A program made the translations under genes and the position numbers. The notes under the pieces are model-generated. The model made no database searches. It had not been told where the DNA came from and was given only the letters and a program-made list of their open reading frames with translations. Shown here one piece after another: positions 10,671 through 20,064 of a DNA stretch of 64,000 nt (position 1 is its first letter; each line of letters begins with the position of its first letter). Source of the DNA: an uncultured Oscillospiraceae bacterium (lineage in GTDB: Bacteria > Bacillota > Clostridia > Acetivibrionales > DTU013); assembly GCA_964490975.1 (NCBI GenBank), contig CAZBEQ010000002.1, positions 75,900 to 139,899 on the forward strand, in the 5' to 3' direction.

Positions 10671-10737
10671 CGCCTGTATAATGTGACACAATCCCGCATC
10701 ACCCAATTATTTCCAATCCACCAACATGCTCTCATTC

Positions 10738-12186
10738 TCAGCAGGACACTTGTAAGTAAGTGCCCACCGATTGGAAGCTTCCCTTATCCTTGAGGTAACA
10801 GTCAAAGAACTCAAGTATGATCCTGTTCATCGTCTCGATAACCTCATAGCGGTCTGCTATCTGTTCGCCGCCATTTTTCTTCGTCGTACCATTAATCATA
10901 TTTACCAGGAAGGGCGAGAAAAGGGGCAGATCAGTCACACTCATATGGTTAGTGCCCGCAAAATAAACCTCAAATGCTTCCGGTGCATTCTCAAAGACTT
11001 GTTTCTCCGCAATAACAACATTTGAACCCGCTGTAGCAGCAATCGAATCTTTCATAGCCTCTTTCATTGCATCGGTGAAAATACCGAGGATCGGCAAGGG
11101 ATATACTTCAGTATTGGCAACGGGCATCCCATCTCTGAAGCTTGTATATTCACCAAGCAAACCGCCGTCAATATCAATAACCGCATCAACGTCGCTGCGA
11201 TCCCTGCCAAGCTGAGCGCTGGCCGCGCCTCCCAACGAGTGACCCATCAGTCCGATCCTGCCGGTATCGACCAGCCCGAATACCACCTCATTGCCCGCTT
11301 CTACGGAATTTCCAGATGTACCATCACTGCTGCCACTGGCTACTTCCATTACCGGCTCTGCTGTTTCAGGCCCTGCAGTCACTTTTTCAGTTTCTGCCGC
11401 CTTTTTCAGAATCGTATCTAAAACAAAGTTCAAATCATCTGTTCGAGTCTTCATCCACTTTTGCTCAAGCGCAAAGATCTCCTCTTCGCTATAAGCACCA
11501 TTATTTGCATCAACTACCTCCTGCATGACAGCACTGTCCACCAGCGTCATTTTACCATCGGTATCCCTTGTAAACATGGAATGATACGGATGACTTACAG
11601 AGCAGACGACATACCCGTTGCTGGCAAGATCATTGAAGGTCGAGGTGTTGCTTGCCATGATCCCGAATGCTCCATGAGAGAATACCACCAGCGGAAATTT
11701 TCCATTGACGTTTGCGGGGTACCAGAATTCTACTGTAACTTTCCTGTTCTCGCCGGTATTAACGAAGGTTTCCTTCCGGCTGTTGTCAGTAAAAGTGAAT
11801 ATAGCCGTCTTGACTTCCATTTCCCCTGTAACCGCAGGTAATCTGTACTGTGGAAAAACGAGAGCCGGAGTGACGGATAACAGTATTGCCAGCCACACTG
11901 CGACAGCCTTAAATACAGTAGAAACAACCCCAAACTTTTTCGTACCCTCTATTTTACGGAGTAATGAAACCGTACCGGCGAAAGCCATGATCAACAGAGC
12001 GATCGCAAGCATCACCCACCGAAAGCTCCAGATGATGACACCCACTGTGGTAAAAAGCACAAAGGCACCCAGCATACCAATCCGTACCCAGCTTCTGACC
12101 CTTTTCTGACGTGATTTTGTTGCAATACACCAACCAGCTAATACAATTTCAATAATTGCTACTATAACAAGAATAATCGTACCCAT
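10738..12186 (-). CDS. membrane-anchored alpha/beta hydrolase
   Basis: Four N-terminal TM helices are followed by the hydrolase fold with the GHSLGG nucleophile elbow. The RBS AAAGGAG is present. Confidence 0.8.
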   Translation of the reverse strand: MGTIILVIVAIIEIVLAGWCIATKSRQKRVRSWVRIGMLGAFVLFTTVGVIIWSFRWVMLAIALLIMAFAGTVSLLRKIEGTKKFGVVSTVFKAVAVWLAILLSVTPALVFPQYRLPAVTGEMEVKTAIFTFTDNSRKETFVNTGENRKVTVEFWYPANVNGKFPLVVFSHGAFGIMASNTSTFNDLASNGYVVCSVSHPYHSMFTRDTDGKMTLVDSAVMQEVVDANNGAYSEEEIFALEQKWMKTRTDDLNFVLDTILKKAAETEKVTAGPETAEPVMEVASGSSDGTSGNSVEAGNEVVFGLVDTGRIGLMGHSLGGAASAQLGRDRSDVDAVIDIDGGLLGEYTSFRDGMPVANTEVYPLPILGIFTDAMKEAMKDSIAATAGSNVVIAEKQVFENAPEAFEVYFAGTNHMSVTDLPLFSPFLVNMINGTTKKNGGEQIADRYEVIETMNRIILEFFDCYLKDKGSFQSVGTYLQVSC

Positions 12187-12332
12187 ACTGACTCTCCTTT
12201 ATTATCGTAATGTTAACCTTGCTTCCATGACAAATATAAAATGCAGCCGTCCGGTTGTATACGGCACAGGCTGTATCATGTCATTTGAACAGGGTAAGTT
12301 GTAAAAAAGGAGATGTAAGTTGTGCTATTTCT

Positions 12333-12788
12333 TTACTTCTCAGGTTCTTGCTCCGGGCTTGCATCTATTGCATTTATTGCCTTTAATCTTGCATTGATGC
12401 TGTCGGTGATTTTCCTGTCATCTATCCAGACCAGAAGGCGGACAAATGCATAAATCAAAGCGATCTGAACTGCCAGGACCGTTATGTTTACCCATCCGCT
12501 CACCCATCCGGCAACAGCAGCGAGCGTCAGGATCACCACTTCCAGTATAAGAAAGTGTAGTACGACCCTGAGCCTCATTTTCTTCTCTGATAACGCCTTG
12601 GGTGAATAAAGGATCAAACCCGGCAAATCTCCTGCGAGCGCGCAAATCATAAGAACATAAATATCCGTAACAGTAATCACTGAGTCTGGCGCAAAAAAGG
12701 TACGCAGCAGCGTCAAGCAGATCATGATAGCAGAAAATATAATTAAATAATCACGGACTAACTTCTTCAAAAGCTCCGTAGGTCTCAT
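12333..12788 (-). CDS. DUF3021-type membrane protein, partner of the LytTR regulator
   Basis: Small 4-TM protein immediately downstream of the LytTR gene. AGGAGGG abuts the first ATG (12794), so the second ATG (12788) is more likely. Confidence 0.7.
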   Translation of the reverse strand: MRPTELLKKLVRDYLIIFSAIMICLTLLRTFFAPDSVITVTDIYVLMICALAGDLPGLILYSPKALSEKKMRLRVVLHFLILEVVILTLAAVAGWVSGWVNITVLAVQIALIYAFVRLLVWIDDRKITDSINARLKAINAIDASPEQEPEK

Positions 12789-12799
12789 GCTCATCCCTC

Positions 12800-13237
12800 C
12801 TATAATCCCAGCATCTTCTTCAAAACCGGTACATACTGCCTTGAGACTGCAATACCCTCGCCATTATCCAGTCGGGCCTCAAATCTTCCACTGAAGGAAG
12901 GGCGGACAAAGGAAATTTTCGCTATGTTTATGATCACCGATTTGGATGCCCGGAAAAACTTCCTGCCTTCGCACATTTCTTCAAGTTCATAAAGCTTCTG
13001 CTTCGACTCGAAGACTTTATCCCTGCAGTAAATAAACACCTTGTTCTCGACCGCTTCAAAGTAATATACGTCCGAAACCCTGAGTCTATGGATATTGTCC
13101 TCTTCATAGCCAAGCAGAACGGTGCTGTCCTTTTTTAGTTTGCGCAGCAACTGAAGAATCTCATCATTCACTTCATGACAGCGGATAATGATTTCTTCCT
13201 CGTGTTCCCTGCTGATTTCTTCAATGGATACCTTCAT
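12800..13237 (-). CDS. LytTR-family DNA-binding protein
   Basis: 145 aa with a LytTR-like C-terminus (VYYFEAVENKVFIYC ... FFRASKSVIINI). Confidence 0.8.
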   Translation of the reverse strand: MKVSIEEISREHEEEIIIRCHEVNDEILQLLRKLKKDSTVLLGYEEDNIHRLRVSDVYYFEAVENKVFIYCRDKVFESKQKLYELEEMCEGRKFFRASKSVIINIAKISFVRPSFSGRFEARLDNGEGIAVSRQYVPVLKKMLGL

Positions 13238-13342
13238 ATTTTCACCTTTTGCACTTCTTTGATGGTAGATAAATTCCTAAGCCCCAACATTCTTTGAATA
13301 TATTCGATATAAATCGGCTGAATCCTTCCAATGCAAATCAAT

Positions 13343-13405
13343 AAATGGGCATGAAAAAAGGGCTCCAGGTATTCCTGAAACCCTTGGCGCGCCCAGCAGA
13401 GATCG
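13343..13405 (-). repeat. partial copy of the tRNA-Arg 3' end (21 nt) plus its terminator hairpin (direct repeat copy A)
   Basis: Matches 15823-15884 with one mismatch and one 1-nt indel. The last 21 nt (CGATCTCTGCTGGGCGCGCCA, minus sense) equal the T-loop-to-CCA end of the tRNA. Confidence 0.9.
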
Positions 13406-13446
13406 CCAATAAATCAAATTCTTCATTATTATTCCTAGCCTTACTC

Positions 13447-14847
13447 TCATTCCTCGACTGCCATGAAGCTTTCTTTTAACTTCATTGCATCAACAGGCTT
13501 GCCATATCTTCTCATTTTGGCAAATTCCAATATGATTAGAACTGAAGACAAAACCAAAACACCAATATCCGTAATTACCGGCGCGAGAAATACGCCGCGA
13601 ATACCTAAGCCACCGATGCCGGGAATAATAAGAATGAGGGGAATGAAGAAAATGATCTGTCGAAGCAGTGTCAGAATTGCTGCAATAAAGCCCTTCCCGA
13701 GGGACTGAAACAAGGTGATGGACAGAATCATAACCCCAAGCAGAATGTAGGTGGAAAAATACAGTCTGAGGCTCCCGACTCCAAGCTGGGCGATGCTGGC
13801 TTTCGTTATAAACGTGGAAAGCATGGTTTCCGGAAAGACCATCACCGGAATGTAGAACAACAGGGAGAAAACGGTGGTGCATAACAAAAATGTCCGTGTA
13901 ATATCTTTGACGCGGGAGTATTCTTTCGCCCCGTAGTTTGTACCGATAGCAGGCTGAAAGCCCTGACTGATGCCCCATAGCGGAATAAACGCAAAAGCCT
14001 GGATTCTGAGACACGCGCCTAAAATGATCTGCCATTCGTCTCCGCCGTAGTTTGCCGCGGTGTTATACATAATCGTTTGCTGAATAAGCTGCATCAGTTG
14101 CATCAGCATTGCCGAAACGCCCACCGAAAGAACATGCGGCATCAATGCCTTATCTAAGCAGATGCTATGTATCCGCACATTCTTGCTTTTCTTTATAAAA
14201 TACCAGATTGTGATAATAGCCTGAACAATTTGCGCAATTACTGTTGCATATGCCGCACCGGAAACGCTGTGTGTAAGGCTTATCAGGATAGGGTCAAGTA
14301 TAATGTTTAAAACCGCTCCTATACCCATGATCAGCATGGCACGTTTTAAAAGCCCTTCTCCCCTCATCACCATGTTAGCGGCCTGCGCGAAGTTGACGAA
14401 TATGGAACCCGCAAAAATAATGCGCAGATATACAACAGCATTCTCAAGTATTTCTCCCTGTGCGCCAGACATCTGCAGAATTTGACGGGTAAATACCATT
14501 CCAAGAACCGTAACAGCGGCAGACAGAAGAAATACGCTCATCATCAGATTGCCCATTATTCTATCGATTGTAGCCTGATCCTTTTTCCCGATTGCTATGG
14601 AAAGCACCGAAGCAGAGCCAACGCCAATCAGGGTGGCAATTGCGCTGTTAAACAGCGTGAAGGGGTATGACACCGTCACGGCTCCCATTGCGTGTGGTGA
14701 AATCATCTGCCCGACAAATACCGCATCCATGAAGTTATAAAGTCCGATTACGACCATACCGATAATGGCGGGCAGGCTGAGAGAAACCATCAGCTTGAAT
14801 GGTTTTTCCGACAACAGCTTTGTCCGCGTATCTACGACTTTTTCCAT
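13447..14847 (-). CDS. MATE-family efflux transporter
   Basis: 466 aa with 12 TM helices and a typical MATE N-terminus (KPFKLMVSLSLPAIIGMVV). GGAGG RBS. Confidence 0.9.
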   Translation of the reverse strand: MEKVVDTRTKLLSEKPFKLMVSLSLPAIIGMVVIGLYNFMDAVFVGQMISPHAMGAVTVSYPFTLFNSAIATLIGVGSASVLSIAIGKKDQATIDRIMGNLMMSVFLLSAAVTVLGMVFTRQILQMSGAQGEILENAVVYLRIIFAGSIFVNFAQAANMVMRGEGLLKRAMLIMGIGAVLNIILDPILISLTHSVSGAAYATVIAQIVQAIITIWYFIKKSKNVRIHSICLDKALMPHVLSVGVSAMLMQLMQLIQQTIMYNTAANYGGDEWQIILGACLRIQAFAFIPLWGISQGFQPAIGTNYGAKEYSRVKDITRTFLLCTTVFSLLFYIPVMVFPETMLSTFITKASIAQLGVGSLRLYFSTYILLGVMILSITLFQSLGKGFIAAILTLLRQIIFFIPLILIIPGIGGLGIRGVFLAPVITDIGVLVLSSVLIILEFAKMRRYGKPVDAMKLKESFMAVEE

Positions 14848-14930
14848 AATACAAAACCTCCAATATAATGTTAGAGTTATCTAACTGATCTCTAAATTTT
14901 AAGACGATTTGAAAATCGTCTTGTAGATTA

Positions 14931-15548
14931 TTAGGATAATAAAAAAATATCCCGCCAACCGCACTGAAAGAACCTTTTCAGTCGGCATATATAGCCCAAC
15001 GCAGCCTCTTTGCTCATGTCGTGAACAACTATTTCAAAAACGCCAGACCAATAAGAACTGCATAGTATGTGTAAAAGTTCCGGCGTAAGCCGTTTTGAAG
15101 CAATTGCGTCATTTCCCATCGTCTCGATATACTTTATGGTGCACTCTACATCTATCTCCACGACTTTATGGATAAAGTCCGAGAATACAGTGCCCTCCGC
15201 ATGACAGACAAGTAGCTTGAAAGCTGAAAAATCTTCATATATCATATTAACGAGAATACTATTCTTCTCTTCTGTATACTCCAGCATCTTCTCCCAGTCC
15301 ATCAGCGGCATTTTATCAAAAAGCTCGATTTCCTCATGAAATTTGCCTTCGAAGCTGTCAGCTGCAGATTTTACAATCGCATTAAACAGGCCCTCTTTAT
15401 CTCCAAATCTTGTATATATAGAGCTGGTACTGGTGTTTGCGTTTTCGGCAATAGCACGTAATGATGCGTCCTTATATCCTTTTTCCAAAAACTCATCCTT
15501 TGCGCAGTCCAGTAATCTGTCGGTAACACCCTCCATCTGCTTTGCCAT
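14931..15548 (-). CDS. TetR/AcrR-family transcriptional regulator
   Basis: N-terminal TetR HTH (GYKDASLRAIAENANTSTSSIYTRFGDKEGLF), located upstream of the MATE pump. Confidence 0.9.
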   Translation of the reverse strand: MAKQMEGVTDRLLDCAKDEFLEKGYKDASLRAIAENANTSTSSIYTRFGDKEGLFNAIVKSAADSFEGKFHEEIELFDKMPLMDWEKMLEYTEEKNSILVNMIYEDFSAFKLLVCHAEGTVFSDFIHKVVEIDVECTIKYIETMGNDAIASKRLTPELLHILCSSYWSGVFEIVVHDMSKEAALGYICRLKRFFQCGWRDIFLLS

Positions 15549-15570
15549 ATTTTCACCTCCTATCTCATTC

Positions 15571-15633
15571 TATATTTATAACGCCGTTTTATAACACTGT
15601 TATAAATATAGCACAAGCTTTTTACCTTGTCAA
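15571..15633 (-). promoter_or_regulatory. tetR promoter with overlapping palindromic operator candidate
   Basis: On the minus strand: TTGACA (15628-15633), 17 nt, TATATT (15605-15610). A perfect 12-bp inverted repeat TATATTTATAAC / GTTATAAATATA (15571-15582 / 15599-15610) is present, and TTATAAC occurs three times. Confidence 0.6.
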
Positions 15634-15822
15634 TAAGATTACGCTTATCAACTTGATGGACATCGCAAAGAATCAGGGTAAGTCCGTCGACAGAGGCGCG
15701 CTTTCGGAAAAGCTGGGGGTCAGAAGAATACCCGCCACGGTCATCATCAGAAGCTGCAAACAAGAGGAGCCAACTGCTAAAGTCGGTAATGCGGAAAAAC
15801 CAATAAGTACAGTTATAAGTAC

Positions 15823-15884
15823 AAATGGCATGAAAAAAGGGCTCCAGGTATTCCTGGAACCCTTGGCGCGCCCAGCAGAGATCG
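15823..15884 (-). repeat. direct repeat copy B (tRNA-Arg 3' end plus terminator)
   Basis: Pairs with 13343-13405. Contains the terminator hairpin GGGUUCCAGG/CCUGGAGCCC plus a U-run (minus sense). Confidence 0.9.
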
Positions 15885-15940
15885 AATCCACAACCTTCTG
15901 GTCCGTAGCCAGACGCTCTATCCAATTGAGCTATGGGCGC
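15864..15940 (-). tRNA. tRNA-Arg (anticodon ACG)
   Basis: A 77-nt cloverleaf folded by hand: acceptor GCGCCCA/TGGGCGC, D arm GCTC-AATTGGATA-GAGC, anticodon stem TCTGG/CCAGA with loop CTACGGA, T arm GTGGA-TTCGATC-TCTGC, and an encoded CCA. Confidence 0.95.
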
Positions 15941-16302
15941 ACATATTCGCACTACATCTTCAGTGCATATATATAATAATACTTTCCGGGTCAAAAATCA
16001 ACAGTATTTATGTGGTTTTATACGGTAATAGCATAAAGCGAAATAATTCCAAATAGTATTAGAGGCAAGACCTGGAAATCAACAGAGAAGTGCTGAAAAC
16101 AAAGCAACTTGCTAAAGTGTACCCTCAAGAATAGCGCAAAAAACTGAAGACTTATTACATTTTTGATAACCTATAGCAAAGCCTGAGTACCAACCAATAA
16201 AACAACTATCATGGCCAAAACTTCAAGTGTAGGGCACATTAGTTGCATGGTAAATTGTCATAAGGCTAAAAAAGCATTTCTTATGTACACTAATTACTAT
16301 AA

Positions 16303-16500
16303 AAGTGGACTATTCCTGAAATTTTGTCCAAGTGGTCGCCTGACATGAATCCACTTGTGTCCCTTGTCTCTTCTGCTATTGTGGCAGCAGTTGCCGGAGC
16401 TGACGATTGGGAATGTATCGAGAAATTCGTTATTGAGCGAATAGAGTTCCTCAAAAAGTGTGTTTCCTTTCCTTGCGAAACAACTTCTCACGACACATAA
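16303..16500 (+). pseudogene. ISAs1-family (H-repeat-associated) transposase N-terminal fragment
   Basis: The frame reads ...PDMNPLVSLVSSAIVAAVAGADDWECIEKFVIERIEFLKKCVSFPCETTSHDT*. This resembles the conserved DDE_Tnp_1-associated N-domain (GADDWxxIExF...SHDT). Only about 65 codons remain. Confidence 0.55.
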
Positions 16501-16718
16501 TCCCTACTTGCATGATTGCTGTAATGGCAATTTTTCAAAAAACCTGAAAAGGTTTTTGAATCAGGACTAATTTTCATGCGTACGCCGTATGTGGTTTTGT
16601 GAATTTTAAACAGCCCACAAATTTAACTTCTATAAGGGATTGAGTATGGTATAATAGGAGTTGTTACAAAGCCTGGTCCTACCCGGCCCTTTTATATAGA
16701 TTTGTGAGGTTATTACAT

Positions 16719-17699
16719 ATGGTTTTTGATACAAATATATCCATGCTATATTCAGATACATTAGTACCGGACATTTTTATTTCAGAATACCTGCCGTCGC
16801 TTGAAAGCGACTTTATCAAGGTATATATGTACTGCCTTTTTCTGAGCAAATACAGGAAAAACCCATCCACCGAGGATATGGCAAAGAAGCTGGAGCTTCA
16901 GCCCGTACGAGTAAAAGAAGCCCTGACCCGTCTCGAGGAGCTCGGACTGATCTCAAGGAGCGCCAATGAAAATACTATAAGCATCGTCGACCTCAAAGAG
17001 AAGGAAATAAGAAAAATCTATCGTGCCAAGACAACGTCCACACCCGAAGAGGCCGTACTCAGCAGCGAGCGCAGCAAGAAGCGCAGCCGCTTCATTTCAA
17101 GTATAAACAACGCTTTTTTCCAGGGCGTTATGTCGCCGTCATGGTACACAGACATAGACTCATGGTTTGATAAGTATCAGTTCGAAGAGGATGTAATGTA
17201 TGCACTTTTCAAGCACTGCTATGATTATAAGGGTCTGTCCCGGCAGTACATAGCAAAAGTGGCAGACAGCTGGCACAGCAAAAAGATCAGGAACAGCTTC
17301 GACCTGGATAAGTACTCCATGGAAGCGCAAAAAATCAAAGATATTAGAGGCATGATCATAAAGAAACTCCGAAAGCAAGGGCTGCTTACGGAATACGAAG
17401 AGGCCTATGTGGAGAAATGGGTATCAGAATACAGCTATGACTTCAGCATCATTGAGGAGGCTCTCAAGCGCACTACCTCCGCTGTTAATCCGAACTTTGA
17501 GTATATTAACAGGATACTTGCCAACTGGTACGAAAAGGGTTACAGGGCAAAGGATGAGATAATTGCAGCAGAGGGCGCAAAAAAGCCTTCCGAAACTGCT
17601 AAATCGAAAGCCAGAGAAAAGTCGATCCCACAGAAGGGGAATTTCGATCAGCGCAAATACGATGATGAGTATTTTGATAAGCTCTATAAAGATGTTTGA
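16719..17699 (+). CDS. DnaD-domain replication initiation / helicase-loading protein (B. subtilis DnaB/DnaD-like)
   Basis: Two DnaD-like repeats (YIAKVADSWHSKKIRN; YINRILANWYEKGYR). Sits directly upstream of dnaI. GTGAGG lies 9 nt before the ATG at 16719. Confidence 0.8.
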   Translation: MVFDTNISMLYSDTLVPDIFISEYLPSLESDFIKVYMYCLFLSKYRKNPSTEDMAKKLELQPVRVKEALTRLEELGLISRSANENTISIVDLKEKEIRKIYRAKTTSTPEEAVLSSERSKKRSRFISSINNAFFQGVMSPSWYTDIDSWFDKYQFEEDVMYALFKHCYDYKGLSRQYIAKVADSWHSKKIRNSFDLDKYSMEAQKIKDIRGMIIKKLRKQGLLTEYEEAYVEKWVSEYSYDFSIIEEALKRTTSAVNPNFEYINRILANWYEKGYRAKDEIIAAEGAKKPSETAKSKAREKSIPQKGNFDQRKYDDEYFDKLYKDV

Positions 17700-17749
17700 T
17701 ATGGGATCTTCAGCTGAAGCAAAATGGAAAACAGTAACTTACTGAAAGG

Positions 17750-18787
17750 ATGAAACCAAACGGCATGAGTCTCAATATACATCAAACCATAAAAAACGAA
17801 TATGACAAGAAGCGGAAAAAGGCTCAGGATGAGCTGGAAGAGAGAAAGTCCGGGCTTTATTACCACATTCCCCGCCTTGAGGAGATAGAAAACGAGATAC
17901 GCGCCGCAGGCTTAAAATACAATAAGGCTATACTTATGGGAAAAGTCTCTCCCGATGACGCAGCAGCGCAGCTCTCCGGCACGATCGAGCAGCTTAGGAA
18001 GGAGCGCAGCGAACTGCTCTGCTCCAACGGCTACAATGAAGATTATCTCAATCCGGTCTACGAATGCCAAAAGTGTTCTGACACAGGCATAATCGATTCA
18101 CCGGACGGAGAAGGCGGCACACTTTGTATATGCTACCGCCAGCTGCTCATAAACAATCTGTATGACCAGTCTAACATATGCATCGCAGGTAATGGCGGGC
18201 TTTCATGCTTCAATACAGATTTTTATCCGGATATCATTAATGAGGACAGGTATGGCCTCAAAAAGTCTCCTCGCCGGCAAATAAACGGGATACTTGAAAA
18301 CTGCCGTTATTTTGTAGATAACTTCGGCAATCCAGATGTAAAGAACCTTCTCTTTTGTGGGCCTACCGGAGTCGGCAAAACCTTTATGGCCGGCTGTCTG
18401 GCGATGGAGCTGATGAAATCCGGGCATACTGTTCTTTATCAGACAGCACCCGCACTGTTCAACACCATATATGAATACAGGTATAGTATAAATAGCAGCG
18501 AAGACTGCGACTCGACTGTATATAAAAGCATACTTGAAACCGAGCTTCTTATAATAGATGACCTTGGGACGGAGTCGCCGACTGCGATGCGTTATGCAGA
18601 ACTGCTTAACATAATTGATACCAGGATGGCAAATGATATAAAAAGGTCCTGTAAGACCATTATTGCAACAAACATAGACCTTAAAAAGCTGTTCGAGTAT
18701 TATGACGAAAGGATCGTGTCAAGAATAACGGGTGGTTTTGATATCTTCCGTTTTGCTGGCGACGATATACGCATGATGAAAGCATAA
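17750..18787 (+). CDS. dnaI: primosomal helicase loader DnaI (DnaC/IstB-like ATPase)
   Basis: N-terminal zinc-binding Cys (CQKCSDTG...CICY), Walker A GPTGVGKT, Walker B LLIIDDLG. The start could be 17750 or 17765. Confidence 0.85.
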   Translation: MKPNGMSLNIHQTIKNEYDKKRKKAQDELEERKSGLYYHIPRLEEIENEIRAAGLKYNKAILMGKVSPDDAAAQLSGTIEQLRKERSELLCSNGYNEDYLNPVYECQKCSDTGIIDSPDGEGGTLCICYRQLLINNLYDQSNICIAGNGGLSCFNTDFYPDIINEDRYGLKKSPRRQINGILENCRYFVDNFGNPDVKNLLFCGPTGVGKTFMAGCLAMELMKSGHTVLYQTAPALFNTIYEYRYSINSSEDCDSTVYKSILETELLIIDDLGTESPTAMRYAELLNIIDTRMANDIKRSCKTIIATNIDLKKLFEYYDERIVSRITGGFDIFRFAGDDIRMMKA

Positions 18788-18813
18788 CGGCCGTCATTTT
18801 CTTCATGGGCCAT

Positions 18814-19944
18814 TCATTTTCCGACAGCCGCGCCTATCATATACTTGAACATTTCAGTGATGCCATTGTCAATTTTAAGAAACCCGCATGTCTGTGAATA
18901 AAACCATAGACCGATCATCAGAAAACCGGGGATCAGCCATATTAGTCCCCTAACCCCATTTCCTGCATTAGCCCTTGAAATCCTTCCTGTTTTGACATCC
19001 AGGTCTTCCCCCATCGCCGGCACACCATTGGTCAGAGGCTTTAGCACAGATCGCGAAGGATTGAGTCTTATCAATAAGAATAGCAGCATGGCAAATACAA
19101 TCGCAAAAAAGAAAAATAAAAACCCATAGAAAAGTAGAACGATACGAAGCTGCTGAGGCGAAAATGTAGAAAAGATTTTAAAAATATCGCTTATACTGTT
19201 TCCAGACGGTTTGACCATATTTTCAGATTTTTGAATGACACCTAGCAGTTTATTTGAAATGTAGCCTACGATCACTGCTATCGCATTGTTTGTAAAATGA
19301 GCAAACATTCCGCAGTATAGTGAGTTAGTCCTGTATACGATAAACCCGATCAGAACCCCAAGCAAAAATGTGCCAAGGATCTTTTGAAAATCAAGATGGG
19401 TAAGGCTGAACAAAAAGGCCGCCATAAGTATAGCTCTAAACGGTCCGAAGGCTTCAACCCCCCTTTGCACTACACCTCTGAAAAGAAATTCCTCACAGAT
19501 CGCCGCACTTCCCGCGATAACGATAATGCTCAGCAGCAGCTCAAGCCCATTATTGCCAACGGGCACCGGTTCAACTATTACCTTTTCGAATATCTTATTG
19601 ACAATAAAAAGATTAAGCAAATTGAATACCGAAGCCAACGGTATTGCAAAGATAACTATCCAGAAAATCACAAAGTAATTCATAAATCTCGAATGGTTAA
19701 GCCTGAGTGTCTCCTTCAGTCTGAACCTTGATATTATGAGAAATAGTAAAGCCGGAAGTGATATCAATACGAACTCCGTGATGATAATGCCTGAATAGAA
19801 CTCTCTGGACTGTACTCTGTATCCAAATAAAACAAAAAGAGTAATTGTAATGGAGAACAGAACACAGACCGCCGTTATACCTAGCCTCTTTATACTGGTA
19901 CTATGCCCTTGTGCGCCGTTAACCTCATCTTTAAAGCAGTCCAC
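18814..19944 (-). CDS. CPBP-family (CAAX-like) intramembrane glutamic protease
   Basis: EEFLFRG, SLTHLDF and FAHFTNN motifs in a polytopic protein. GTG start with GGAGGTG 5 nt upstream. Confidence 0.85.
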   Translation of the reverse strand: MDCFKDEVNGAQGHSTSIKRLGITAVCVLFSITITLFVLFGYRVQSREFYSGIIITEFVLISLPALLFLIISRFRLKETLRLNHSRFMNYFVIFWIVIFAIPLASVFNLLNLFIVNKIFEKVIVEPVPVGNNGLELLLSIIVIAGSAAICEEFLFRGVVQRGVEAFGPFRAILMAAFLFSLTHLDFQKILGTFLLGVLIGFIVYRTNSLYCGMFAHFTNNAIAVIVGYISNKLLGVIQKSENMVKPSGNSISDIFKIFSTFSPQQLRIVLLFYGFLFFFFAIVFAMLLFLLIRLNPSRSVLKPLTNGVPAMGEDLDVKTGRISRANAGNGVRGLIWLIPGFLMIGLWFYSQTCGFLKIDNGITEMFKYMIGAAVGK

Positions 19945-20064
19945 ACCTGCACCTCCGAAAACTGGGGCTTCGCTTCAGGAATAAGCCAAGCCCCCTGCTG
20001 AATGATTTAACACTAATGATACCCTACTATTCCCGAAAATGCAATTATTTGCTTTTTTGACTAC

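Noticed and set aside
15560-15994. A 144-aa minus-strand ORF, plus the overlapping ORFs at 15542-15976 (+) and 15673-15891 (-).
   Set aside because: They run through the tRNA-Arg gene and its terminator. They have no RBS and no recognisable domains.
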